DNA of 63,419 nucleotides, the filler included, from Reclinomonas americana ATCC 50394 (Eukaryota), in NCBI GenBank assembly GCA_048213135.1. It is 17 parts of 17 records of this genome, joined end to end, with 100 filler letters (N's around TTAATTAATTAA, not from the genome) between each part and the next. Parts side by side here need not be neighbours in the genome. Positions count along the whole stretch, not along the records: positions 25,281 to 26,977 come from AFZH01023443.1; positions 27,078 to 32,204 come from AFZH01023444.1; positions 32,305 to 38,061 come from AFZH01023445.1; 14 more parts are not named here. One strand, given 5' to 3'. The notes beneath the pieces were generated by a model. The model made no database searches, had not been told where the DNA came from, and saw only the letters and a program-made list of their open reading frames with translations. The position numbers and the translations under genes are program-made. Positions within the stretch are counted from its first letter, which is position 1. Each line of letters starts with the position of its first letter. Shown here piece after piece: positions 25,324 through 38,161 of this stretch.

Positions 25324-28300
25324 TTGTCATGTTTGAGAACTTGGAGTCTTTGCGCCGGTCGCGACAGCAGGAGCTTGAAAAGCTTAAGAGCACTGCGAAG
25401 GCGATGGTGTCAGCAACTGATGTGCATTCGCATGTCGAGATCGACGGCATTGCGATCGCTCGTGCTGCTCGACACATGGTTGCTGCCATACGTGGCGTGC
25501 AAGAGGCGACGAATCGTTTCTCATTTGCACGGTACTGTTGTTTCGCTTGTCACAGCTGGTTTCGCAATGGTACTCACTCATCTGTCACTGCATATGTGTA
25601 CTATGCATGTGTGCAGACGCGACAAGTACTCGGACGACACTATGCTGACGCAGCGAATGTTCCGCCGCGAGTGCATGGAAGCAGGGTGTGTTTTCGAGAT
25701 ATTTGTTGTTGTTATTCTGCATACGTGCACGTTGCAGTCGCTGTACACAGTGCGCGCAGCGGCATTTGTCGCTTATGCATATGTGTACATGTATCGCAGT
25801 CAACCGGCCAAGTCCGTACCGGTAGCGGATTCGGAGGCGCCGGACGAATGGGTTCATGTAACGCCCTGGGACAGAGCGCCACGATCAAAGGCTGCAGCCA
25901 TGCAGAAACACCGCAGCGGAGCTGTGAAGCGCACACACAGTGCCATCTGTGGCCATGGGTCGAGCTTGCGCATGCTGTCTCGAGTTCCGATGGGACTCAT
26001 CAAAGAAGAAGTCGACACCGCCGATGGCCACAGTCGACAGTCTCTCAGTGGGTGAGTCGTTTGGCCGTACACGTGTCGTTTGCAGTCAATTAATTCATAC
26101 ATGCATGTACACATGTTCACAGCCTCGGTTGCCATCGTGGTGGCCATTTGCATGATGGCTCGGACCGCTATATGCGGCCCTCGTTCGAGGTTCTGCATGA
26201 TGTGCAAAGCGCCATTCAAGAGTCCAACGACGCCGCCGCCTTGCCCGTGGAGCGGTACCGGGATTCTGATATGTACCGAGATCCACAGGTACGTCTGTAC
26301 ACTCGAACTCGTATTTACAGTATGTGTATGTGTGTGTGTGAAACAAAACATCCATGTGCGTGTCGATGACGCACGCTGCTCCGCTGGCCGTCTCACTTGT
26401 CGTGCATGATTGCAGAAGCGAGCCAAGGCGAACAAGCGCAACAAGAAGAAGGTGAGAAGTCGAAGAACGGTATTTACTTGCCCGTGCATCTCTTTCACGA
26501 TCATGTGCATGCACAGTCCGGCAAGACCAAACAAGTACGTGCGGGTGGCGATCGTCCTCAATTGCAGTCGACATCTGCGGCTGCTCCCCCATCTTGGCCA
26601 GATGCTGTAAACAAATCGACGTCCGACAAGCATCCTAGGTCGCGATCGACGAGGAAGTCAAAGAAGCATGACAATCCGGATACGGAAGTGGATGCGGAAG
26701 ACGACGACATTGATGATGAAGTGGCGACAGACGACGAGGGCGGCGACGGAGAGGATGAATCTGGAGAAGATGGTGCCTCTCTCGTTTTATCGGTACGCAG
26801 TATGTCCGTCATGGTCAGTCGTCACTTTCCATCTTCACACAATGTCATCGTTCTGCAGAATCCACCATTATCCACGGGCAAGATTGCGAACGACGAGCCG
26901 CTTGTGCTGCTCGCAGAAGTGCACAACCTCATCGGAATTGTGGCACGCTGCGCAGAGTGCTTCATGCCCCCAGCACTNNNNNNNNNNNNNNNNNNNNNNN
27001 NNNNNNNNNNNNNNNNNNNNNTTAATTAATTAANNNNNNNNNNNNNNNNNNNNNNNNNNNNNNNNNNNNNNNNNNNNTCTGCTCACTGTCGACATGTGCA
27101 CAGTGAGGATATCGATCACCGCGAGAAACGGTGTAGATTGCACTTCACACCATCTGAGCTGTCAGACATCCTCAGACAGCGATCGGTCGAGAGGGTTGCG
27201 GCAGCAAAAGGAGCAGGCACTCGCGCTCGTCGAAGAAAATCAGCTTCTGCGGGGGCGAAGAATAGGTACGCATCTACATGTGTACAGCCAGTTGCAGTTG
27301 CACCATTCGATATGTAGCCACTGCGCATACAGACACTGTTCATCGGAGAGAACCGGCCGCGGCATGCGTGTGCCGGCACGAAATTTAAAGAAAGAGCACG
27401 AGATTTGTTACAGTAGAAGTCTTCTCCCTGGCCTGGAGGCCGTGTGTCCTGAATAGGGCTTTATTCTCAACACCGACAACACACTTAGAACACGTTTTAG
27501 TTGTAGAAGAAAGCACATGTACACGAGACTTGTTGGCGATCACTGGTAGATGCTCATTGTTGTATAGATCAGTGAAGTCTCTAGTATTATAGATCTATGT
27601 GTACATCTGTGCCCAGTGGCCGTGCGCTTACGAGATTGACAACTCACTGAATGCCTATGTCTCTACTCCGACCTTATGATCAGCACGCAAAAGGGCGCGG
27701 CCTGTGGACTCTCAACATTCAGCAACTCGGAGAAGCGACGCATCAGGATACCTGTTCCTGCACAAGCCATCAAGTTCCATCCAGATGGGGGGTTGAAAGT
27801 CGAGAAGAATAAGTTCGACAAGACAGTGCGCGTATCGTTGCGTCACTTCTGCAATAGCTATCGTGTTTGTGTTAGGTACATGTTTGTGATATGCAGCGAT
27901 GCTATTGCAAACGCTCGTATACGCTTACACGTTCCTGTAATACTCACACACATGCATGCATGGATTTTTGCAGGGTGAAAATCGGAAGCGACGTTACACT
28001 ACAGGGAAGTGAAGATGCGGCCACTGTGCTGTCGCGCAACCGGTTGGGCCGGCACGTATCCTTGCTGCTGGAGGAGCGTGAAGGCAGGCTCAGGTCCGTC
28101 TGTCATGATCAGGATAGACCACAGCGTGCACGCACTTATTCGCGTTCGATCACACACAGACTGGCCGACGCGAAGGCTCATGGCGCTCGTCGATTCTCGT
28201 TTGCCCACAACCAGTACTCGACGCAGTTGTGCCACGCAAGAAAGCGAAAGATGACAAGGGAGCAGAAGGCAACCGGCGACTCCCACTTCAAGGTGAAAAC

Positions 28301-31300
28301 GACGTTCAAACTGAAGGAGAACGTTAACAAGCCGAGTGTGGAGAAGGAGGCCGAGATCACATCAGCAGCTGCTTCCGCGCGATCTGGATTCGGATCTGCA
28401 TCTGGATCTGGTGCCACTGCTGCTGCCAATGACGATGCTGGTGCACGTTCGAAAAAGTCACGGAGGAAGTCGAAGAAGTCACACGTGCACGCGCGTGCCG
28501 CGACGCACATTACTATTCAGTTTGGCGACGAGCAACTGACGCATATTCACAGTGACCTGATGGTGAGTGTGGCAATGGGAGAGGATGAGAAGGCTCGAGA
28601 AAGAGAGAAAGAGCTGCAGAAGAGAGAGAGAAAGGAAAGGGAGTGAGCTTGGGGACGCTTAGAGAGATAACAGTTTTAGTTGTAGAAGGAAAGCACACGA
28701 GACTTGTTGGCGATCACTTGTAGATGCTCACTGTTGTGTATGGATCAGTGACGTTTTTTCTATTATTATTGTTAACACTCACCATTGCGCGCACCACTTC
28801 TTGCATGCAGAATCTCGTGTGTCCACTACTGGCGACCTACAGCACCGTGATGCGGGCACCGACAGAGATGATGACACATCTGTCGCGACTCACAATCCGT
28901 CGTCGAAATCAGCTTGCACCAGGCCAAGATGGTGCCGGAGGATTGCTGTCCTCCGATGACTATCTACAAGAGCTTGAGCATCTCCGCCGTGCGTTCCTTG
29001 TCGCGACGCCTGCAGCACCAGCCGTGCATGCGCACACAGCGGCGGCGCCACCGGCTGAGAGGCTCGAACCAGCTGGTGCGGGTAGTGGTGCACATCCGGC
29101 CGGCGCCGTCGACGACCCTCTTCTGCAGTCCGCATTGCTCGCCTGCAGCAGCTGGCTACCCCTCCGTGGAGCTGTGTCAACTGTGATGCATGCCGTTCAC
29201 GGGTTGCTGAGCACGCCACCAACACGCGAGGCAACTGATGCACGGATTCGACACGAGGCGCAGCTGTCGGGTGAGTGTTAACGTTGCACACGAATAAGTC
29301 GTAGTTATGGTGAGGAATTCACTGATTATCACTCCATGATGCCTGTGCAGACGAGGCCCAGGTCAAGAACCGACAACTGCACGCCTTTGACGTTGCTGTC
29401 TGCGAGGCGATCGTCAACGAGGACTATGCAGCTGGCGAACATACATTTGGGACAGTTGCGCACAAGCTGCTCACCACATGGCATGCTCGCGACGACCCGG
29501 CGGTACAGGACGCAGTGCATTGTGTGATGCACGCTCTGGAGGAAGTGCGGGAGTCATTTGTGACGTGCGTACAGCGGTATGCATACTCGGCGTATGTGCT
29601 GAGCGGTGAGTTGTTTGTGCGTGAGCGTGACGTGAGACGTCAGATCTAATCGTGTCGATCTGTTGCTCACAATTCTTGGTGGTGTTCCTGCGCAGCGATC
29701 CGGAGTTCATCCACGGCGATCGCATCCACTCAGCTTCTTGCCCGATGGCTTAAACCTGCCTCGCACCTATTGACAAGCGCATTTGACTCTTTCAGTGCGT
29801 CATTTGCAATATTGTGTGTGGGTCTTTGTGAGTCATGATCACTACGGGCACTCACTATATATTGCTACCACTTCCATTGCAATAGAGTCCAAGGTTGCCA
29901 CTGCCAAGAACAAGACGAAGCTCAATGACAAGAAGTCAATAGTCGACGTGGAGCGTGAAGATGAAGATGGTGGCGACGATGAAGACGAAGACAACAAGCG
30001 CGGTGGCGAGCGCACGGACAAGACGGAAGATATGGAACTGGAGGTGATGGAGCTTTTGCAACACATGGCAATCGCTCCTCTTGATGGTGCCGATGACGAG
30101 GAGGTGGACGAGGGTAAGTGCAAGCTGGTGCCACTCAAATGCATTGCTCATACATATTCATCACGAGCTGACTTCCGGTTGCACGCAGCGGCTGATCTTG
30201 ATAACAAATCACTCGCCGACGTCGACGGCACGCATATGTTGTATGCGAAGGAGAGAGAAGAACTGCGCATCGCTGCTGCATTGCGACATGCGTTGCGACA
30301 CCCAGTCGGTCTGCTGTGTGAGCAGATTGCCGAAAACCTCGCGGTGTACACGCCTGGCACCCGCAGCAAGCCGACGACGCCGCGTGCATCGACATGTACG
30401 AAGGTGATCTGCGACACCGTGACAAGGGTGACGGATGGCTTAGACGAGGCCGTGAGGCTGATTGTTTGCACTACTGCTGGTACCTACTCCGCGCAAGTTG
30501 CGGTGGCGGATTTGGGAACGCCGCCGGAGGAGCTGGCGTACATTGTCGTGGCACAGCTGTGCAACGCTTTGTATCAACAGCACCGGCACAACGATGTCGG
30601 GTCCGAGGGCACAGCCGATGGTGCCGATGGCGACTCGGCGATGGAGTGTGACGGATCTGGAGACGGCGACGGCGACGGCTCAGACTCAGATTTCGTTTTG
30701 GAAAGCGATGCAGCACACTCACTTGGCATGGCCAGCAGCAGCAGCGCAGCCGGGAGCGAGTGTGAGAGTGCTTCTTCAGCTGCAGGTGACGGTGCCGCGG
30801 TGCCGGTCGCGTTGGCGCCGGCGTCGGTTCCAGCAGCAGTCGACGGCGAGACCAGACTGGAAGTGGCTATCAGGAAGGCAAAGGAACGATGTGCGTACAC
30901 GCAATAACTATCCTATCATCTAGATCTGGTAGTGAGATTGAGAAACGAGTGACAGGTGCACACTTTGATAGCTGTAGGAGAGAGGGTGCGGCACTCTCTG
31001 GGGCGATAGTATGCATACTATGAGCTTTCAGCTAAAATCGTGCTTGTTTGGTGGAAGGGATTGGGTGACACATAGTGCGCGATGGAGGTGCACTGGTGGA
31101 GATCTAGAGAGAGATGTGGTAACTGCTGACTTGTCGACACTTGATGTGATTGTCGCAGTGAAACGAGCGCTTACATCGGCAGTCACGGCCTTTCTTGCGA
31201 TGGGGCGTGCTGCTCGTGCGTGTGCCAAGCACGGAAGTGCTGCAGGCCTCATGCGTGCATGTGCAACGGCAAGTTCGAACTCAGCTGGCGAGGAGAGCGT

Positions 31301-32203
31301 CGTCATGCGAGGCCCCATTCACGCCGCACTCGCAAGTGCATATACAGCACCAGCGCCGACTGCGCCTCAACGAGCGCCTGCTGTATGGGCTACGGATGAT
31401 ATCGCTCCACACCGCAGGTGAGCTCGAGTGTTGGTGCAATGTCAATGTGTTGCGAATTCGAAATGACACATGGTTTGCTAAATGATCTTTTCTCTTGCAT
31501 GCGCAGGGCTGAATTCTCTTCAGAAATCGAGCGCTCCTCGTACTCTGTGGCGTGTGATTTGGCACAGTCAACTGTGAGCGATCGTGAAACGTTTGATAAC
31601 GTGCATTTGGAGTATCACACGGCGCTCGCTGCCGCGATCACGGAGGTCATCTCTGTTTGCAAGCATGTTGCCGTGCACGCACTTGCCGACGAACAAGTAC
31701 AACCTCAACAGCGTTCTGACGAATCCGGAGGCGGCGATGATCGTGCAAGTGAGGAGCACGACGAGGAGGAGGGGGATCTGGATGTACGAATGCTGGGGTC
31801 GGTGTCGACATCGGCATCAGCAGATGGATCTGGATCTAGATCTGGATCTGAGGCCGAATCAGAGTGGGACATCGCCCGCGCTCTCGCGGCTCTCCCTCTC
31901 ACACGTTTGCGCTCTTCACATGCGCATCACACTCCCGAGGGCTTTGTCGATGGCATCCTTCTGCATGCGCATCGACGCAACGCGAGCGATCTCACGCTTG
32001 TGTCCGGCGTCAGCATGGATGTGGATTCAGATGCCGCCGGATCCGATTCTGCAGCCGGCCGCGGGCAGGAAGCGACTCCGGTGGTGGATACCGATCCGAG
32101 CGTCGACGTGGAGGCGAGAACAAGAGTGGTGCTACTCGAGGCCACACGCTGGCAGCACCTACACCGCCGTATTTTGCCAGGTGGGCCGGCAGCAGCGGCG
32201 CGT
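25324..32203 (+). CDS. Large multi-exon orphan protein with basic and acidic low-complexity tracts (spans gaps; may begin near 24076)
   Basis: About 15 GT-AG introns can be removed while keeping one open frame within each contig (e.g. donors GTACTG ~25532, GTGAGT 26052, GTACGT 26289, GTGAGT 28563, 29271, 29606). No family recognised. Confidence 0.55.
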
Positions 32204-32304
32204 ANNNNNNNNNNNNNNNNNNNNNNNNNNNNNNNNNNNNNNNNNNNNTTAATTAATTAANNNNNNNNNNNNNNNNNNNNNNNNNNNNNNNNNNNNNNNN
32301 NNNN

Positions 32305-35300
32305 TGGAGAGGCGCAAACGGCAGTGGATGAGGGCACGGTGGCCGCCGAGGAGGCGGAACGAGAGCGCGTACGACAAAAGGAACTGCGCGCTCAGCACTT
32401 GGCCGCGTGCGAGGAGTCGCAGAGAATACGTGCCGAACTGGGTGTGTGGGCTGTGTGTCTGCCGTGCACATCACGCTGTCCATTGTCGCTTGCTGACCTC
32501 GGCGTCGTCTCTCACGCAGTCGGCAAGGCGTGGTTGTACGAGAACAATCTGGTGAATGACGAGCAGGTGTTTTACGGTCGCCGCACTCTGGCCGAGTTTG
32601 AGGATGCGAGTTGCGTTGACGACAGTTTTTCTTTCCGGCACTGATGCTGGTCGATGGTGCCTCTGACATTGCTGGCAGTTTTGAGCATCTTTGTCGACAA
32701 GGCTGACGCGCTACCGCTGACGTCGTACGTGGTGCACCCGGTGGTTCGCGTCACCATTTTTGGTGCGTCACGATGGCAGTTGTGCCTACCATCTCTTGTC
32801 TGCGAGCTGCTCATGTGTGATGGATTCAGACGAGGCCACTGGCATGGTGCTGACAAAGAGAACACCGGAGAGACCGGCGGTGACACCATTCGAGACGCTG
32901 ACCCGTGGAACCGAATCGCTGCCCGTTGATTTTCTCCTCCCCGTCATGACACAGGTGCGTGCGTGTGCTTTCCTCTGCGTGAGCATTTCCGTTTCCACGT
33001 CCCACTGAACGCGTCTGTCATTGCAGGCATACGATGTACGGAAACACTACGATTTGGCACCTGTGTGGAGGGAAGATCTGCTGCTGGATGTGGAGTACTT
33101 GCATATTCTGAAACCCAGTGTGGTGTTTCTGTTTGAGATATTAGAATTTGGCCGTGATCTGCCGCTGGGTCGGTGAGCTGTCCGCGCCTCCTTTGTTTGT
33201 ACGCTCGCCCGTTCCCCCTATCCACTCAACAACATATGCAGCGACATTACCACACGCGACGGATTTCAAGGAATCGCGTGGGGTTTCCTGAAGCTTGTGG
33301 GTCGACACGGACGCGCCAACACTGAAAAGGACCTCAGAATACAGTTGTACGAGTATCCATCGTGGTATGGCCACCGGAATGCCTACGACGAGCTGCAGAA
33401 AACCCTGCCGCTCCACTTACGACCACATGTGCGACGGAGAGCTTGGGGTGCGGAGTCGTCGCCGTTTGTGCCATCGCCGCTGCAGGCGCAACTGGCTGCT
33501 GGTGACCCAGACCGAGCACAAGACAGTGCAGCCGACGATGGTGACGAGAGACCACTCAGAGCACGACCGTCGGCGCGCGCGCGACTGCCATCGCCGGCGA
33601 TTGCCGTCAACGGGAGACCCATCTCGCGTCGTGACCCGTCGGGCGCCACCGACCAGACAGCCGACGACTTTGCCGACGAAAGCCTGGTGAGTCTGCGTAT
33701 CCTCCAGCTCGTTGTCGTTACCGCGACGCGGTTGACTGACTGACTGTGGCTCACCTGCAGGGCGGTGGTTCTTCGGCATTGGTGGTGCGAGGTATGCCGT
33801 CGAGCGCTGCTGGTCTGCGCGATCCGCAAACTCTGCGGCGGTCGCTCGGTACAGAGCTCGACGAAGGAACGGAGGTGTTTGATGAGGAGTCTGGTGGTCT
33901 TCCCGCTGCGGCTGCTGCCGTCGGCCGACCGAGACCACCCATGGTGGCTCGCATGGCAGATGATGATGATGATGCTGATGAAGACGACGAGGACGACGAA
34001 GATGAGGAGGCCGACAATGGCGACGACGACGATGGTGCTGGTGGAGATGAGCAGCACGAGGAGGGTGAAGGCGAGGATGATTACGAGGATGTCACTGAGG
34101 TTTGTGTTACTCGCGGGATGGCCTTTTTTTCATCTACGCACTCACTCTGCTTCTTCTGCAGGAGGAGGAGGAGTGTGAGGAGCCGCCCGGAGGCCCTGCT
34201 CCCGAGTACGACGACTACTATGACGACGATTACTACGACGAAGACTGGTCATATGGTGCTCAGAGAAGAGGTGCACGTCCGCGTGGTGGCCGTCGTGCTG
34301 GAGGCGGTGGTGGTGGAGGTGGAGGTGGTGGTGGAGGTGGCGGTGGAGGTGGCGGTGGTGGCAGAGGAGGAGGTGGCGGTGGTGGTGGTGGTGGAGGTGG
34401 TGGCGGTGGTGGTGGAGAGTATGATGTGCCACTGTTGCTTCCGTGCCCGTGCTTGCCTCCAGAGTGCGCCTGTTTGCGAGCGTGTGCTTGCAGCAGAACG
34501 TGCTGCACCGACGAGTCGTGCACGGAGTGCTGTGCGGAGGGCGGTTCCTGCCGGCCCAGTTGCAGCTGCGATTGTGCTCGGTGCGCCGGAGGTGGTTGCC
34601 CCACGCTCTGCTCCTCATGCGGTGACGGCAACTGCTGTCCGTGCTGCAATCGCCCGTCACAACCGTGCTGCGGCTCATGTTGCGGCGACGATGCATGCCG
34701 TAGCTGCAAGGTGAGACGCACTTTCCTGTATGGCACTTACACATGCATGCCGTGTTGCGCTCACTTTTTTTGTGTGCAGACGTGCTGCATGAGTTTGCGT
34801 GTCAAGTGTTCGGTGTGCTGCGCCAAGTGCGGCGAGTGCCTGCCTTGCAGTCGAGAGTGTTTCAGCCAGTGCTTCTCGTGTGGAAGCTGCGCTGGAGGCG
34901 GCTGTACGGACTGTTGCGGTGGCCCCGGACCCGGGTTGTGCGATCGCTGCTCCACGTGCTGCACCAAGTTCCGCCTCTGGTGCGTCTCGTGTCAGTGCCC
35001 GCGGTGCGATTGCTCCTGCAAGTGCGACTGCGGAGGACCAGGGCCCGGCATGTGCGATCGGTGCATCGCCAACTGCGCGCACGTGTGTCAGTGCAACTGG
35101 GCCGCTTGCTGCGCTGGCTGCTTCGATTTCGGCAAAACTCGCGGATGCGGCGACTGCGACGTGCGCAATCCGACGTGTTTCGAGTTTGCCTGCTGCCCCG
35201 ACATTGCGACCTGTGACGAGGAGGACGTGCGCGTACCGCAAATTCTCGCACTCTACTGCAATGCTGCCCTGCGCAACAAGTACCCAAGCACGTTGCATGT

Positions 35301-38061
35301 GTGTGTCAGCGGGAAGCCGCGACCCGAGGGCCGCGTGGTCAAGGGCAAGCGCACCATGTTTGCGCGTGATGTGGAGCAAGGTTGGTTCTGTGTTTCTCCT
35401 CTTCCTCTAGTATTCACGCCATTGTTGCTCATCATTCGGCGGCATGCATGCAGGAGCACACGGCGTCATCCGACTGCAGATGCGCGACGGCGAGTTGGTG
35501 CCGGTGCGCGAGTTGCTAGAGGAAGAGGGCGACGCAGTCGGCACGAAAGCGGAATCGGATTCGTTTGAGGAGGAGTCGCGACTGATAGATTTGGTGCGTG
35601 ACGATAGCACATGTGTTTGATTGTGGTCACGTTCTCACTCCCGCCCGGTCTGCAGCCTGTTGTACAAAAGCAGCGGCTGCCAAACGACCCGTGTGTACCA
35701 CCCAATGCCTCGCTGTTTACTTTCGACGCCGGTGATCGGTGCGTCGCCCAGCGCATGGCTGCTGTGTGATGTAGTTTTCCACGTTGCTGACTTACACACA
35801 CATGCAGCGGCTCTCTCTGCTGCGACATTAGCAACAGTGGTCGGTACCTGGCGTTTGGGGCCTCGGAAGGAGTCGTTCATGGCGTGGCAGTTCGCTCGAC
35901 GCAGAGCGGACGAGTCGTCGCCAACCACGCCGCACACTTGTCCGTGGTTTACGACGTGCAGTTTTCGAGTGACGATGAACTGGTGGTCAGTGCCTCTGCC
36001 GACCGCAGCGCACGCATTTTCAACCTGCACGGATACTTGCAGTGGCACGCTGGTGCCAAGTTGCGTTCCACTACTTGAGTGACAAGCACCAAAGAAAAAG
36101 AAGCGCACGCTGCTTACACGCAACACATTTCCTGGCAATGCAGGCAGCGAGCCGAGGACCGAGCGCGTGCCGCCGCACACTCTCCACCGCTGCGTGAGAG
36201 AGACTCGGCGCACTCGACCAGTCGCGCACACTCGCCTCCGGTCAACGAGGCGCCCGTTCCGGCAGCCGACGGCACTGCGGCTGTTGGTGCGGAGAATGTG
36301 CCCGGCCCCGGCACGAGTGAGGCGGCGTTGAGTGATGGAACAGGGGCGCCGACCGAGGTATCAGAGGAGATGTCAGATGAGGACTTTGTGGTGACCTTGC
36401 ACCATCCATGCTTTGTGTACACGGCACGCTTCCACCCGGATCCGCGCATGCGGTGAGTACCCATCTTCTTGAGTACCTCCACACACATTTGTTCTCACCG
36501 GATTGTTTGGAGCAGCATGGTGGCCACCGGTGGACTGGACAAGCGCGTGCGACTGTGGAATGCGCGCACCGGCACTCTTCTTCGAGTGCTCGAGCCGCCC
36601 CATCTCGGTCACATTAATGCTTTGTGTTTCGATTCGGTGAGTGTGCATGACTGCGCTGTCGGTGGTGTCGCCCATGACTGACGGTGATCGTCTCTCTATC
36701 TGTGTGCAGTTGGGCCGACGTCTCTACTCGGCCGACTCGTCGGGTTCTGTGTGCTTGTGGCGCGTGGCCAACTTTGGTCCCGGCGAGCAGCAACTTGGTG
36801 CGCCACTCTTTGTATCCCCCACCAGCAGAACGAAACTCTTGCGCGCACTCGTTCTCACGTCGCAAACGAAATGCATGACGCCGCAGGTGATCCACAGCTG
36901 CTTGCCGACTCGTACTCGTTGGCGCGCTCGGCGCACAACCGCGAGTACGCTGCCGTGTCGGTGACCTCGATCAGCGTGCATCCACGCGGTAAACACGTGG
37001 TGATTCAGACCAAGGACAACCTCCTGCGACGCCTCAACGCCGATCTGTTGACTGTGGAGACTCGCTACTACGGCTGTCTGTCATCGCGGCTCTGTCTGCG
37101 GTCGTGCATCTCTCCGGATGGACAGTACGTGGCCGCGGCCTCGGAAGACGGCCGACTCTACGTGTGGGAGTTTCTCTCTGCGCGGCTCGTCAACGAAGCC
37201 ACGTTGCCGGTCGTCCTCTTTCCGCCATACACGGCCATTGAGCAAGCGGCTCTAGCGGTGGCGGCGGCGCCGCCAGGGGGCGGCTCGCACACCGTTGATG
37301 CACAAGTGGAGGCGGCACTGCACCCGATCGACAACACTCGACGGGTGTATCCGTCGCTCACCTTTGTCACGTGGAGTCGCACAGAGCACGCACTGGCCGT
37401 GGCCTCACTGGCCGCTCACGAGTCGGTTCATTTGCTGTACTACGAGCCGCGTCTCGACCAGCTGCGTGGACGTGTGACGCAGCAAGTAGACGAGGTGCGT
37501 GTTGCTCTCGATGGCAACGCCGCGCATGCGCCGGGGGCGTTTGGCGGCGATCATGATGCCGACGACGACGGCGGGCTCGACTCGACCATGGTGGACTTTG
37601 AGGTGGAGGCCGACACAGATGCGCTGCAAGAGCGTTCGCAGTCGCGTATGCCGGCCTCGCTTCTCAGTCACTTGCCGCGCCGTGCAATGCCGGCGCTGAC
37701 GGTCACGAGTGGCCTGCTGTCTGCGTCGCAACCACCGGCGGCACCGGCGAGCCCACAGGCGGATCGCAAGTCGGCCATGCACGATGTGGTGGCTCGCGCC
37801 CTGCAGTCGATCCACGGCCACCAACCGGTCGACATGCCGAGTGCCCCCGACGCCGAAGAGACGTACAACCGAATGATTGAGCACTTCCTGGCCTCGTACT
37901 CGACTCTGCGTACCATTGAGCTGCCGGGCGACTCAGACTCGGAGGCGTCGGGCGCCCTTCGCCGCGATGCTCCACTTCGCGATGCCACGCCACCACAGTC
38001 GCCCTCGGTGGTGTTGCCCCCCATACCTGGTCAAATCGGCACACCGTCGTTCGGCGACGAC
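32305..38061 (+). CDS. AHI1: AHI1/jouberin orthologue (C2-like domain + WD40 propeller), both ends in gaps
   Basis: Spliced motifs occur in AHI1 order: VVHPVVRV, D..TG, DFLLPVMTQAYD, PVWREDL, VFLFEILEF, IAWGFLKLVG..G.AN....RIQLY, RNKYPSTLHV, RLPNDPCVPPN..LFTFDAGDRG. WD40 repeats follow (VYDVQFS...SASADRSARIF, LHHPCFVYTARFHP, ATGGLDKRVRLW, SPDGQYVAAASEDGRLYVW). Confidence 0.9.
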
Positions 38062-38161
38062 NNNNNNNNNNNNNNNNNNNNNNNNNNNNNNNNNNNNNNN
38101 NNNNNTTAATTAATTAANNNNNNNNNNNNNNNNNNNNNNNNNNNNNNNNNNNNNNNNNNNN

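Noticed and set aside
26080..26409. Cys-rich ORF (CMMARTAICGPRSRFCMMCK...) resembling a CxC zinc cluster
   Set aside because: Splice phases of the flanking introns select a different frame for this exon.
28056..28064. GTATCCTTG, matching the U12 donor consensus
   Set aside because: It lies within an open exon frame, and I saw no matching U12 branch site; probably chance.
29795..29885. ORF segment YCVWVFVSHDHYGHSLY plus upstream QFGDEQL, suggesting a DUF6589/transposase-like protein
   Set aside because: The segment lies in a GTGCGT...CAATAG intron whose removal keeps the frame, and no catalytic motif set was found.
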